Notes: a model not told the origin generated them from the sequence alone. Counted from the first letter of the stretch, positions 1 through 8,675 are shown. The stretch: DNA of 21,900 nt from Candidatus Parcubacteria bacterium (GCA_046050355.1 JBJOPW010000015.1:1-21900); one strand, 5' to 3'. Translations and numbers: made by a program.

Positions 1-335
1 ACTCGGGTGCCAAGGTCGGACGTGTGTTCAAGATTCTTGGTGGCTCAAAGAAGCGCTACGCTGAGCTCGGGGAAATGGTGGTACTCTCAGTACAGACCGC
101 TGAACCGCGCAAGGCAGTGAAGAAGAAGGACGTTGTGTACGGTGTAATTGTCCGTCAGGTCAAGCCCTATCGTCGCAAGGATGGTTCATACGTGAGCTTT
201 GATGACAACGCCGTGGTGCTTGTCGACAAGGTAAAGAAAGAACCAAAGGCCAACCGTGTTTTTGGTCCAATCCCACGTGAACTTGCTGAAGCTGGTTATC
301 AGAAGATCGTGTCGTTAGCACCAGAGGTGGTGTAG
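1..335 (+). CDS. rplN: 50S ribosomal protein L14 (5' partial)
   Basis: Frame open from base 3 (SGAKVGRVFKILGG); motifs FDDNAVVL, RVFGPIPREL, KIVSLAPEVV. Confidence 0.98.
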   Translation, partial: SGAKVGRVFKILGGSKKRYAELGEMVVLSVQTAEPRKAVKKKDVVYGVIVRQVKPYRRKDGSYVSFDDNAVVLVDKVKKEPKANRVFGPIPRELAEAGYQKIVSLAPEVV

Positions 336-354
336 ACGCGTAAGCAATAAAGCT

Positions 355-666
355 ATGAAAATCAGAAAAGGAGACACCGTCAAGGTGATTGCCGGAAAAG
401 ATAAAGGTAAGACCGGTACCATCCTCATGACCATGAAGGACATGAACCAGGTGGTTATTGAAGGAATCAATGTAGCGACCAAGCACCAGAAGAGTAAGCG
501 CGTGCGCTCACAGGGACAGATTATTGAAAAGAGTATGCCAATCGACGCGTCAAACGTTGCTTTGATGGAAGGGGACAAGACTGTCCGCGTTGGCTACACC
601 TTTGAAGGCGAGGGCGACAAGCGCAAGAAGGTTCGTGTTGCTCGCCCCAGTGGTAAGAAAATCTAA
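355..666 (+). CDS. rplX: 50S ribosomal protein L24
   Basis: KOW motif MKIRKGDTVKVIAGKDKGK, PIDASNV; follows rplN. Confidence 0.98.
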   Translation: MKIRKGDTVKVIAGKDKGKTGTILMTMKDMNQVVIEGINVATKHQKSKRVRSQGQIIEKSMPIDASNVALMEGDKTVRVGYTFEGEGDKRKKVRVARPSGKKI

Positions 667-668
667 GT

Positions 669-1208
669 ATGGAAACTACCAAAACCAAACTCGCTTCGGC
701 CTACGAAGCCCTCAAAGGTACTTTCGGGTACAAGAACGTCATGGAGACACCAAAGATCGAAAAGATTGTGGTGTCAGTGGGTACTGGTCGCGTACAAGAT
801 AAACATCGTGAAGCCGTGATTGTTGATCGTCTTTCGCTCATTACCGGGCAAAAGCCATCACCACGTCCCGCGAAGCAATCGATTGCCTCATTTAAGCTCC
901 GTGAAGGCGAAATCATCGGTCACCAGGTAACCATTCGTGGCGCCCGCATGATGCACTTCATCGACAAGCTCATTCACATTGCTATCCCGCAGACTCGCGA
1001 TTTCCGCGGACTGAAGGCTACTGCGATTGATGAGATGGGGAACATTACCATTGGTATCAAAGATAGTACTATCTTCCCAGAATGTGCTGACGATGAACTC
1101 AAGGATGCTTTCTCATTTGCGGTGACTATCGTCACCACAGCGAAGTCGAAGGCAGAAGCTGAGGCTTTCCTCCGTCACATTAACTTGCCACTCCAAAAAG
1201 CTGAATAA
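669..1208 (+). CDS. rplE: 50S ribosomal protein L5
   Basis: PKIEKIVV, ITGQKP, SIASFKLREG, RDFRGL. Confidence 0.98.
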   Translation: METTKTKLASAYEALKGTFGYKNVMETPKIEKIVVSVGTGRVQDKHREAVIVDRLSLITGQKPSPRPAKQSIASFKLREGEIIGHQVTIRGARMMHFIDKLIHIAIPQTRDFRGLKATAIDEMGNITIGIKDSTIFPECADDELKDAFSFAVTIVTTAKSKAEAEAFLRHINLPLQKAE

Positions 1209-1226
1209 GCTCGACAGAGAGTAAGA

Positions 1227-1272
1227 CAAAAAGCAGCAAAACCGGCCTATAGGTCGGTTTGTTGCTTTTTTG
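1227..1272. terminator. Bidirectional intrinsic terminator after rplE
   Basis: caaaaagcagcaaaaccggcct / aggtcggtttgttgcttttttg inverted repeat with A- and T-tracts. Confidence 0.8.
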
Positions 1273-1375
1273 TATCAACCTTTGGGAGCAAACCCCTCGC
1301 CTTGAGGCGAGGGTGGTTCAGTAGAAAAGGTGAAAGGCGGCGACCCGTTTATGGGTCGCCGCCTTGCGAGGTGCC

Positions 1376-2038
1376 TCATTCGGCCGCAGTGCTAGGAGGC
1401 TGATGAAGCTTAATGACCTCGTTTGGGTTGGTTTGTTCGATCGTGTTGTAAGCAGCCATCAGGCGGCTTAGCACCTTATCGAAATCCTCGACCGTTGGGA
1501 TCAGCGACTGTCCGACAGTGGCCTGTTTGACGATCTCGATTATTGCGTCTTGGAGTTTCAATTCAGGTAGCAAACGAGCCAGCGCAGTTTCGAGCCGTGC
1601 CTGTCGCTGGCTAACTAGCTCGGCGGCTGGTAGCAAGGCCTCACCGAGGTCGAGGCTGGTTCGATAGGCAGCATGCCCGGAACCAAATCGCCCTAGCACT
1701 TCCCCGATACTTTCTGTTACCGCCATGTAGACATCGAACTGCAGTTCGTTGAGGAGTTCACGTTCTGTCCACTGTCGGCGCTGGCCCATGAGGCAAAACG
1801 CCAGTGCTGAGCTCATCGTCACAAAGAGAAGTAGGATAGCTGCACCAGCGAAGTAGAATACTGGTGGCATGGTCGGCCAGCCGTATTCACTCCAGAGTAT
1901 GGCCATGGTCCCGCCAATGAAACACCAGGACAAGCTGAGGCACCAAAGCCACAGCGTAACCCACTGCTTTTGTCGCCGGAGCAGCAACTGCTCATGTCTG
2001 AACGTCGTGGCGTGGTCTTCGCCAATCTTATTTTTCAC
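1376..2038 (-). CDS. Hypothetical membrane protein (2 TM segments plus helical domain) inserted in the spc cluster
   Basis: 220-aa ORF, GTG start with GGAGGT SD (2043-2048), two hydrophobic stretches, GC hairpins downstream (1291-1318, 1334-1365). Confidence 0.8.
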   Translation of the reverse strand: MKNKIGEDHATTFRHEQLLLRRQKQWVTLWLWCLSLSWCFIGGTMAILWSEYGWPTMPPVFYFAGAAILLLFVTMSSALAFCLMGQRRQWTERELLNELQFDVYMAVTESIGEVLGRFGSGHAAYRTSLDLGEALLPAAELVSQRQARLETALARLLPELKLQDAIIEIVKQATVGQSLIPTVEDFDKVLSRLMAAYNTIEQTNPNEVIKLHQPPSTAAE

Positions 2039-2074
2039 GACAACCTCCGATGCTAAGTTGAACGACCTACAAAT

Positions 2075-2102
2075 AGCCTACGCTATCCATCTAAAACTGC
2101 AA
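2075..2102 (-). promoter_or_regulatory. Putative promoter of the inserted gene
   Basis: TTGCAG-16 nt-TAGGCT on the minus strand. Confidence 0.45.
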
Positions 2103-2133
2103 GTCTTTACTTAGTTTGGTTTATTGTTTGACC

Positions 2134-2161
2134 TTGCTATTTCAATGATTTCTGGTAGTAT
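2134..2161 (+). promoter_or_regulatory. Putative promoter re-starting the spc cluster at rpsN
   Basis: TTGCTA-16 nt-TAGTAT with extended -10 TG. Confidence 0.6.
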
Positions 2162-2167
2162 AGCGAC

Positions 2168-2333
2168 CAGCTGCGAAGCCCTCAAACTCATTGATTTTGG
2201 GACTCCGTGGTGTGTTTGAAGGGTAGAGTACTAGCTTTGCTAGTACTCGATACGACCTTTTTGGCATATTTATTAGGGGGCACGTCACTATTTTCTCAGT
2301 GATACGGCCTCGTACAGCATAACAACAAAAAAA
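2168..2333 (+). promoter_or_regulatory. Structured 5' leader of rpsN
   Basis: Stems gccctcaaac/gtttgaagggt, perfect gagtactagc/gctagtactc (2226-2248), gtcact/agtgat. Confidence 0.5.
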
Positions 2334-2519
2334 GTGGCACGAACATCAGTAAAGGTGCGAGCTACTCGCACCCCGAAGTATGCTTCACGCGTCGTCCGAC
2401 GCTGCAAGCTCTGTGGCCGCAAGCACGGATACATGCGCGATTTCGACATTTGTCGTATCTGCTTCCGTGAATTGGTTCACGAAGGACATATACCAGGTAT
2501 AAAGAAATCATCATGGTAG
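2334..2519 (+). CDS. rpsN: 30S ribosomal protein S14, zinc-binding short type (RpsZ type)
   Basis: 61 aa, CKLCGR...CRICFRE, IPGIKKSSW; GTG start. Confidence 0.97.
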   Translation: MARTSVKVRATRTPKYASRVVRRCKLCGRKHGYMRDFDICRICFRELVHEGHIPGIKKSSW

Positions 2520-2905
2520 GCGATACAATTGGCGATTTCATTATCCGTCTCAAAAATGCGGGCGTAGTTGGTCACAAGACCGTTTCTGCACCGTATTCCA
2601 AGCTTCGTCACGCTATTGCAGACAAGCTCGTTGAGGCAGGATATATTGAAGCGGCTGTAGCCAAAGGAAAAGCAGCCGAAAAGACACTTGAAGTAACACT
2701 TAAGTATGAGGATGGCGCACACCGAATTAACGGTGTTAAGCGTATTAGTAAGCCGGGACGCCGTTTATACGTAAAGGTCGAATCTATTCACCCTGTTAAG
2801 TTCGGAAAGGGACATCTCATTCTCTCGACACCAGCTGGTATCCTCACAAACGTTGAGGCCAAAGCAAAAAATGTCGGGGGTGAGCAGCTCTTCCTCATTT
2901 GGTAA
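2513..2905 (+). CDS. rpsH: 30S ribosomal protein S8
   Basis: DTIGDFIIRLKN, RISKPGRRLY, ILSTPAG, NVGGE. Confidence 0.98.
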   Translation: MVGDTIGDFIIRLKNAGVVGHKTVSAPYSKLRHAIADKLVEAGYIEAAVAKGKAAEKTLEVTLKYEDGAHRINGVKRISKPGRRLYVKVESIHPVKFGKGHLILSTPAGILTNVEAKAKNVGGEQLFLIW

Positions 2906-2906
2906 T

Positions 2907-3437
2907 ATGAGTCGTTTAGGAAAATTACCAGTAGCAATTCCTGCTGGTGTCGAGGTAACTCTCGTAGATGGAAGTATTACCATCAAAGGTCCAAAAGGGA
3001 CATTGATGCGACCGCTTCGTAATGATGTAACAATCACGGTTGAAGGTAGCGAAATCAAGCTTGCTCCAGGCAAGACTGAACTTGCGCCAGCACTTTGGGG
3101 TACCTACGCTGCTCATATTCGCAATATGATCAAAGGAGTTACCGAAGGGTTCACCAAGATTCTTGATATCGAAGGGGTGGGGTACCGCGCTGAAGTAAAG
3201 GGAACTGATTTGGTGCTGAACATGGGTTATTCTCATCCAGTGCCACTAGCCATTCCCGCTGGTATCACCGCAACGGTAGAAAAAACAGCCATTACGCTTG
3301 TGAGTCACGACCTTGAACTACTTGGTCAATTCGCAGCAAACGTGCGTAAGGTACGCAAACCAGAGCCATATAAAGGTAAAGGTATTCGCTACCGTGGTGA
3401 ATTTATTATCCGCAAGCAAGGTAAGAAGGCTGTCTAG
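2907..3437 (+). CDS. rplF: 50S ribosomal protein L6
   Basis: True start ATG 2907 (MSRLGKLPVAIP); KGPKG, GVGYRA, RKPEPYKGKGIRY. Confidence 0.98.
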   Translation: MSRLGKLPVAIPAGVEVTLVDGSITIKGPKGTLMRPLRNDVTITVEGSEIKLAPGKTELAPALWGTYAAHIRNMIKGVTEGFTKILDIEGVGYRAEVKGTDLVLNMGYSHPVPLAIPAGITATVEKTAITLVSHDLELLGQFAANVRKVRKPEPYKGKGIRYRGEFIIRKQGKKAV

Positions 3438-3446
3438 CCCACACGT

Positions 3447-3794
3447 ATGGAAAAAACACAAGCAAAACATGCGAAGCGTGCGGTTCGACACAACCGCATC
3501 CGCGCTAAGGTAACCGGCACCACTGACCGTCCTCGCCTCGCCATCTTTAAGAGTAATCGCTTTGTCTACGCGCAGCTCATCGATGATACAAAAGGTGTCA
3601 CGGTGGCAGCAGCTGACTCACGTGCGTTTAAAGGAACAATGACGGAAGGAGCGGTAGCAGTTGGCGCTGATATCGCCAAGAAAGCAACCGCGAAAGGGGT
3701 AACTGCAGTGGTATTTGACCGCGGCGGTTTTAAGTACCAGGGACTCATTGCGGCACTCGCTGATAGTGCGCGCAGTAACGGACTTACGTTCTAG
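3447..3794 (+). CDS. rplR: 50S ribosomal protein L18
   Basis: RPRLAIFKSN, YAQLIDD, VVFDRGGFKY. Confidence 0.98.
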   Translation: MEKTQAKHAKRAVRHNRIRAKVTGTTDRPRLAIFKSNRFVYAQLIDDTKGVTVAAADSRAFKGTMTEGAVAVGADIAKKATAKGVTAVVFDRGGFKYQGLIAALADSARSNGLTF

Positions 3795-3820
3795 AGGTTT
3801 ATTCTATTAAGATAGTAATT

Positions 3821-4450
3821 ATGTCAGAGCAGGAAGCTACAACTGTAGTAGATACTACTACAGACAACGCGACACCAAGTGTGCCAGCGACCGATGCACC
3901 CGCTAGTGACGCTGCGCCAGTAGATGGTCGTCGTCCTCGCCGCGGTGGTCGTGATGGAAATCGTGGGGATCGTCGTCCTCGCCGCGGGGGCAGTGCTCGT
4001 CCGGAGCGTGTTCGCCCAGAGTTTGATCAAAAAATCATCAGTATCCGTCGTGTAACCCGTGTGATGGCTGGTGGTCGTCGTTTCAGTTTCTCAGTGGCTA
4101 TGGTCGTGGGAGACAAGAAGGGCAAGGTTGGTGTTGGTATCGGCAAGGCCGGCGACACCCAACTTGCTATTGATAAGGCAGTCCGTGATGCGAAGAAGCA
4201 TATGATTGTCGTACCAATGAACAAGGATAGTCACATTCCCCATGATGTGCACACTAAATATGCATCAAGTGAGGTAATGATTATGCCTGCGCCAGGTCGT
4301 GGGTTGGTAGCCGGTTCATCAGTTCGTACCGTGCTTGAAATGGCCGGAGTGAAGGATGTTACTGCCAAAATTTTCTCACGTAGTAAAAACAAGCTTAACA
4401 ATGCTCGCGCTGCTGTCGAAGCGCTCAAGCTCCTAAAGAAGTCAAACTAG
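3821..4450 (+). CDS. rpsE: 30S ribosomal protein S5 with N-terminal extension
   Basis: IRRVTRVMAGGRRFSF, VGDKKGKVGVG, PAPGRGLVAG. Confidence 0.98.
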   Translation: MSEQEATTVVDTTTDNATPSVPATDAPASDAAPVDGRRPRRGGRDGNRGDRRPRRGGSARPERVRPEFDQKIISIRRVTRVMAGGRRFSFSVAMVVGDKKGKVGVGIGKAGDTQLAIDKAVRDAKKHMIVVPMNKDSHIPHDVHTKYASSEVMIMPAPGRGLVAGSSVRTVLEMAGVKDVTAKIFSRSKNKLNNARAAVEALKLLKKSN

Positions 4451-4451
4451 T

Positions 4452-4901
4452 ATGCAGCTTCATGAATTAAAGCCAGCTACCATTAAAAAAGCGGCCAAAC
4501 GAATTGGTCGTGGCGGTAAGCGTGGTAAGACCTCAGGCCGTGGTGGGAAGGGGCAGACTGCCCGCGCTGGTAACAGTATGCGTCCAGAAATGCGTGACTT
4601 CATCAAGAAGTTGCCAAAGCTTCGTGGTCACGGTGTGAACCGCGCTGCGACAGTCAACGCTGAGCGCGTTCGTCCAATGCCAGTCAATGTTGGTGCACTT
4701 GAACTCGCCTTCAAGGCCGGGGACACAGTTACTCCAAAGGCGCTCGTGGCAGCCGGTGTGGTAGAAACTATCCGCAAGAAGGCCCCAACGGTAAAGATCT
4801 TGGCTACCGGTGAACTCACCAAGTCACTCACTATCGAAGGGTGTGAGGTATCAGCGACTGCCAAAGCAAAAATCGAAAAAGCTGGCGGAAAGGTGCTTTA
4901 A
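4452..4901 (+). CDS. rplO: 50S ribosomal protein L15
   Basis: RIGRGGKRGKTSGRGGKGQTAR, LPKLRG, KIEKAGG. Confidence 0.97.
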   Translation: MQLHELKPATIKKAAKRIGRGGKRGKTSGRGGKGQTARAGNSMRPEMRDFIKKLPKLRGHGVNRAATVNAERVRPMPVNVGALELAFKAGDTVTPKALVAAGVVETIRKKAPTVKILATGELTKSLTIEGCEVSATAKAKIEKAGGKVL

Positions 4902-4919
4902 TCGGTAGAATAGTGCTAT

Positions 4920-6197
4920 ATGCAAACATTCTTCCGAAAACTAAAAACCGTCTTCACCGACAAAACTATCCGTAACCGAGTACTGTTTGTCCTCGGCGCA
5001 CTGGTGGTCTTTCGTCTGTTGGCGGCCGTTCCGATTCCAGGAGTAGATCAGGCAGTATTGCAGCAATTTTTTGCGAACAATCAATTCCTTGGTCTCCTTA
5101 ACATCTTCTCTGGTGGTGGTCTCTCAAATCTCTCGATCGTGATGCTTGGTGTTGGTCCGTTTATTACCGCGTCGATCATTCTTCAGCTCATGACCGTGAT
5201 GTCACCCAAGATGAAAAGTCTCTACACCGAAGAAGGGGAAGCCGGACGGGCAAAATTTACGCAGTATACACGTATGCTCTCATTGCCGCTGGCGATTCTA
5301 CAAGCATTTGGTTTCCTCACGTTGCTTGAGAGTCAGGGAGTCATCAACCATTTGAGTTTCTTTGATTTTGCTCTCAACGTTATCCTGGTGGTGGCTGGTG
5401 CCGTACTCCTCATGTGGCTCGGTGAACTCGTGACCGAATATGGTATCGGCAACGGTGTGTCTATCATCATCTTTGCGGGTATTATGGCTGGTTTGCCTGC
5501 TACTATTAGTCAACTGGTGTTCAACTTCAATGCTGCACAATTGCCACTCTATATTGGCTTTGCGTTCTTGGCGATTGGCATCATCTATGCAGTAGTGGTC
5601 ATGACAGAAGCAGAGCGAGTAGTGCCGATTACCCACGCCAAACAAAGTCGTGGTAACCTGATGTTGACCACTCGTGGTAATAATTCGTATTTGCCACTTC
5701 GTCTCAATCAGGCTGGTGTGATTCCAATCATCTTTGCGCTCTCGATTCTCTTATTCCCGCAGATGGTCCTCAATATCCTGGGCGCGTTTAACCTCCCGTG
5801 GGTAGCGAGTGCTAATGCAGCCATTGCGAGCTTCATGAACGACTACATCCTCTATGGGGCGGTCTACTTTGTTCTCGTATTCCTCTTCACCTTCTTCTAC
5901 ACGGCGGTAACCTTTGATCCTGAAGCAATCGCAAAGAACCTCCAACGAAGCGGTTCATTTATCCCGGGTATTCGTCCTGGGGACCATACCGCCGAGTATC
6001 TCGGTAACTTGATTACTCGTCTTACCTTGGTTGGTGCGCTCTTCCTTGCGGTGATAGCGGTACTGCCGATTGCTCTTCAAGTAGCGACCGGTATTGCGGC
6101 TCTCGCCATTGGTGGGACAGCGATTCTGATTGTGGTTAACGTAGTCCTTGACCTCATTCGCCGCCTCGACGCCCAGGTGTCGCTACGTGAGTACTAA
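4920..6197 (+). CDS. secY: Preprotein translocase subunit SecY
   Basis: LGVGPFITASII, GIGNGVSIIIFAGI, AGVIPIIFA, FIPGIRPG; multiple TM segments. Confidence 0.99.
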   Translation: MQTFFRKLKTVFTDKTIRNRVLFVLGALVVFRLLAAVPIPGVDQAVLQQFFANNQFLGLLNIFSGGGLSNLSIVMLGVGPFITASIILQLMTVMSPKMKSLYTEEGEAGRAKFTQYTRMLSLPLAILQAFGFLTLLESQGVINHLSFFDFALNVILVVAGAVLLMWLGELVTEYGIGNGVSIIIFAGIMAGLPATISQLVFNFNAAQLPLYIGFAFLAIGIIYAVVVMTEAERVVPITHAKQSRGNLMLTTRGNNSYLPLRLNQAGVIPIIFALSILLFPQMVLNILGAFNLPWVASANAAIASFMNDYILYGAVYFVLVFLFTFFYTAVTFDPEAIAKNLQRSGSFIPGIRPGDHTAEYLGNLITRLTLVGALFLAVIAVLPIALQVATGIAALAIGGTAILIVVNVVLDLIRRLDAQVSLREY

Positions 6198-6324
6198 AAT
6201 CACTTCATCTACTTTGTTACGCTGCGGAAAATAATTTTCAATGTATATCTATATACACCTCAAATTATTTTCCTGGCGCGCCTCGTATCTAAAGCAATTT
6301 TAGACTCACTTGAGAGGGTGATGG

Positions 6325-6361
6325 AAAACACAAAAGACCCCTTTGGGGTCTTTTGTGTTTT
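6325..6361. terminator. Bidirectional terminator after secY
   Basis: aaaacacaaaagacccc ttt ggggtcttttgtgtttt perfect inverted repeat. Confidence 0.85.
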
Positions 6362-6408
6362 AGGGTAAAGGGAAGCCCGGCCAGGGCCGGGCTTCATTTG
6401 CGAATTGC

Positions 6409-6561
6409 TTACCCTTGCGGGAAGGTGATCTCGACGGGTTCGTCTGGTAACAGATTCTTCCAGGCCCACTGTATACCGAGGCCAAGGACAATGACGAAAC
6501 ATGCTGCCATGACCCATTCGATGCTGATGTTTCCATCCTCCGATTTTAGCAACTTGCGCAT
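6409..6561 (-). CDS. Small Flp/TadE-like prepilin (50 aa; not in ORF track)
   Basis: Hand translation MRKLLKSEDG|NISIEWVMAACFVIVLGLGIQWAWKNLLPDEPVEITFPQG; GGAGGAG SD at 6566-6572; hairpin 6372-6395 downstream. Confidence 0.7.
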   Translation of the reverse strand: MRKLLKSEDGNISIEWVMAACFVIVLGLGIQWAWKNLLPDEPVEITFPQG

Positions 6562-6661
6562 CAGGCTCCTCCATGGTTGACGCTACTGGACGCCATCTAA
6601 CCATAGTGAAACCAAGAAATCAACAATGGCTATCCATGTTTACGTTTTTGTGTTAGTAGAG

Positions 6662-7294
6662 TTAGTACTGATTCTTGAAAGAATAGCCCGCCGGAATCGC
6701 ACTCCGTTCCTGCTTCCAGACCTCTGTTTCAAGCCAACGACGGTAGGTATCGTAGACGACGAGCGCTACGGTTTGTGGTGAGTGCCGTGAGGTATCGATA
6801 ATAAGGTCAAAATGAGCTAGGTCGTACGGATCGACATGGTAAAGCTCGCGGAAGCGCGATCGTTCCTCTTCCATACGACGACGCACCTGCTTCGTTACCT
6901 CAGAGAGGGAACTAATCCCTTCGCCGGCCTGGCTGCGGTTGGCGTTACTGACGGCGTCTTTGTAGATACGGACGGTCGCAACTTCGATATCGAGGTCAAG
7001 GTACACTTTGAAGGACTCTGGGATCCAGTAGAAGCCGAGGCGTGAATCGACTACAATATCCTTTTTGGTCCGGAGTGCGCGCAGACGGTCATCAACCGCA
7101 TCATCGAGCGCATGGTCGCTCTTGGCTCGTTCATTATACTCAGCGAGGGACATCCCTTTGTCGGCGAGGATTTGGCGCACCATATCACCGGAGGAGTGGC
7201 GGGTGTACCCAAGGAGCTCCGCCACGATATCTGCGGTCGACGACTTACCGCTGCCGGGTTTGCCCGAAATAGTGATAATGTGCTGCCGTTTCAT
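6662..7294 (-). CDS. cmk: Cytidylate kinase (short, archaeal-like family)
   Basis: Start ATG 7294 (MKRQHIITISGKPGSGKST P-loop), VVDSRLGFYW, FKVYL, DLIIDTS. Confidence 0.85.
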   Translation of the reverse strand: MKRQHIITISGKPGSGKSSTADIVAELLGYTRHSSGDMVRQILADKGMSLAEYNERAKSDHALDDAVDDRLRALRTKKDIVVDSRLGFYWIPESFKVYLDLDIEVATVRIYKDAVSNANRSQAGEGISSLSEVTKQVRRRMEEERSRFRELYHVDPYDLAHFDLIIDTSRHSPQTVALVVYDTYRRWLETEVWKQERSAIPAGYSFKNQY

Positions 7295-7362
7295 GCGCGT
7301 AGTATAGCATGTTGGCTTTGGACAATGTTGCATCTCATTTCAAAAATTGCTACCGTACATGC

Positions 7363-7935
7363 ATGCAATACGAGACTAAATATCAGAGCATCGTCTTAAT
7401 GGGTAAAATTTGTTCCGGGAAAGGCACTCAGGCCCACTACATTTTAGAAAACTTTGGTGGCACACTGTACTCAAACGGTAACAAAGTCCGTGAGACAGCA
7501 GCTCAACCAACCGTGTTTGGTCAGAAGATGAAAGAAATGTATGAGAGCGGACGCTTGATTCCCGAGTGGATTGCTTCATACTGGATGACGCACGCTCTAG
7601 TCTCTCAATACGAAAAAGACCGAGTGATATTTGAAGCTGTCGCCAAAAAGCCCGACGAAGCTGAGTTATTTCACGAAATACACGAATGGGTAAATCGTCC
7701 CTACATTGTCTTTAACCTCGACATTAGTGATGAACAGGTACATGAACGAAGTGAAAAGCGGGCTCGCGATATCGTCGACTCACCCAAGTCAGTTGATAAA
7801 CGTCTCGAAGAGTACCGTACTTACACCGCCAAATCGATTGAATTTTTTCGGTCACAAGGTACGCTGATTGATATTGATGGAACACAGGCACCTGAGGTCG
7901 TGCGGGAACACATTTTTAATGTACTCAAGGGGTAG
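7363..7935 (+). CDS. Adenylate kinase-family NMP kinase, divergent paralog
   Basis: Start ATG 7363; GKICSGKGTQA P-loop, GRLIP, KRLEEY, IDGT; DGFPR motif replaced by EAVAK. Confidence 0.85.
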   Translation: MQYETKYQSIVLMGKICSGKGTQAHYILENFGGTLYSNGNKVRETAAQPTVFGQKMKEMYESGRLIPEWIASYWMTHALVSQYEKDRVIFEAVAKKPDEAELFHEIHEWVNRPYIVFNLDISDEQVHERSEKRARDIVDSPKSVDKRLEEYRTYTAKSIEFFRSQGTLIDIDGTQAPEVVREHIFNVLKG

Positions 7936-7981
7936 TTTCTTGCCTTAATCAAATAAGTCGCTACACTGTACCAGTATGGAT

Positions 7982-8058
7982 CCCGTTAGAAATCGGGTAT
8001 AATACACTTTATTATTCAGATCAGTTGCTTATAGTAAGTAACTCTAATTTCTAACGGG
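7982..8058. mobile_element. 77-bp MITE-like element, copy 1
   Basis: Inverted ends cccgttagaaat/atttctaacggg; flanked by direct repeat ATGGAT (7976-7981, 8059-8064). Confidence 0.7.
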
Positions 8059-8652
8059 ATGGATATCAAAACAGTCATTTTTATTGGCCCACAGGGAAGT
8101 GGTAAGGGAACCCAGATTGAAAAGCTGAAAGGTGTACTCGAAGCTCGTGATCGTCGGCGGGTAGTAGACATTCAGACCGGTCGTCGCTTCCGTGCTCTCG
8201 CTGCGACCCAAGAAACCTTTGCCGAAGATAAAATCGCTGCGACACTTAATAGTGGCATCTTGCAGCCAGACTTTATTACGACCGTGCTGTGGGGGCGGGC
8301 CATGCTTGATCAGCTTGACGACAAGAGCCATCTCCTTATTGACGGTTTTCCCCGCACTGTGGGACAGATTCCTGACCTTGACGATGCATTTAGATTCTTT
8401 GATCGTACCAGTATCGATGTGGTTAATCTCGCCACTCCAGAGGAAGTAGTCCGCGCGCGCATGGAAAGTCGAGCAAGACAAGATGACACGAGCGATTCTA
8501 TCGAAGAACGACTTCGCTGGTACCGCGAAGAGACACTCCCGGTTATCGAATACTATCGCACTCGTCCTATTGCCCGTGTTCATGATATCGACGGTACGCT
8601 GTCGATTGACGAGGTACATACCGCTATTGTGACGGCTCTCGCCCTCGACTAA
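8059..8652 (+). CDS. adk: Adenylate kinase-family NMP kinase (short LID)
   Basis: GPQGSGKGTQ, LLIDGFPRT, RARQDD, RLRWY; immediately upstream of map. Confidence 0.88.
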   Translation: MDIKTVIFIGPQGSGKGTQIEKLKGVLEARDRRRVVDIQTGRRFRALAATQETFAEDKIAATLNSGILQPDFITTVLWGRAMLDQLDDKSHLLIDGFPRTVGQIPDLDDAFRFFDRTSIDVVNLATPEEVVRARMESRARQDDTSDSIEERLRWYREETLPVIEYYRTRPIARVHDIDGTLSIDEVHTAIVTALALD

Positions 8653-8675
8653 CCACCTGCTACAGTAAACAAAAA

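Noticed and set aside
160-5945. Antisense and alternate-frame ORFs over r-protein genes and secY
   Set aside because: Shadow ORFs of conserved genes; no motifs or start signals.
6260-6604. 114-aa (-) and 75-aa (+) ORFs from the track
   Set aside because: They overlap terminator hairpins and lack SD; the 50-aa prepilin frame explains the region better.
8044-8619. 191-aa ORF antisense to adk
   Set aside because: Shadow of adk ending inside the mini-element.
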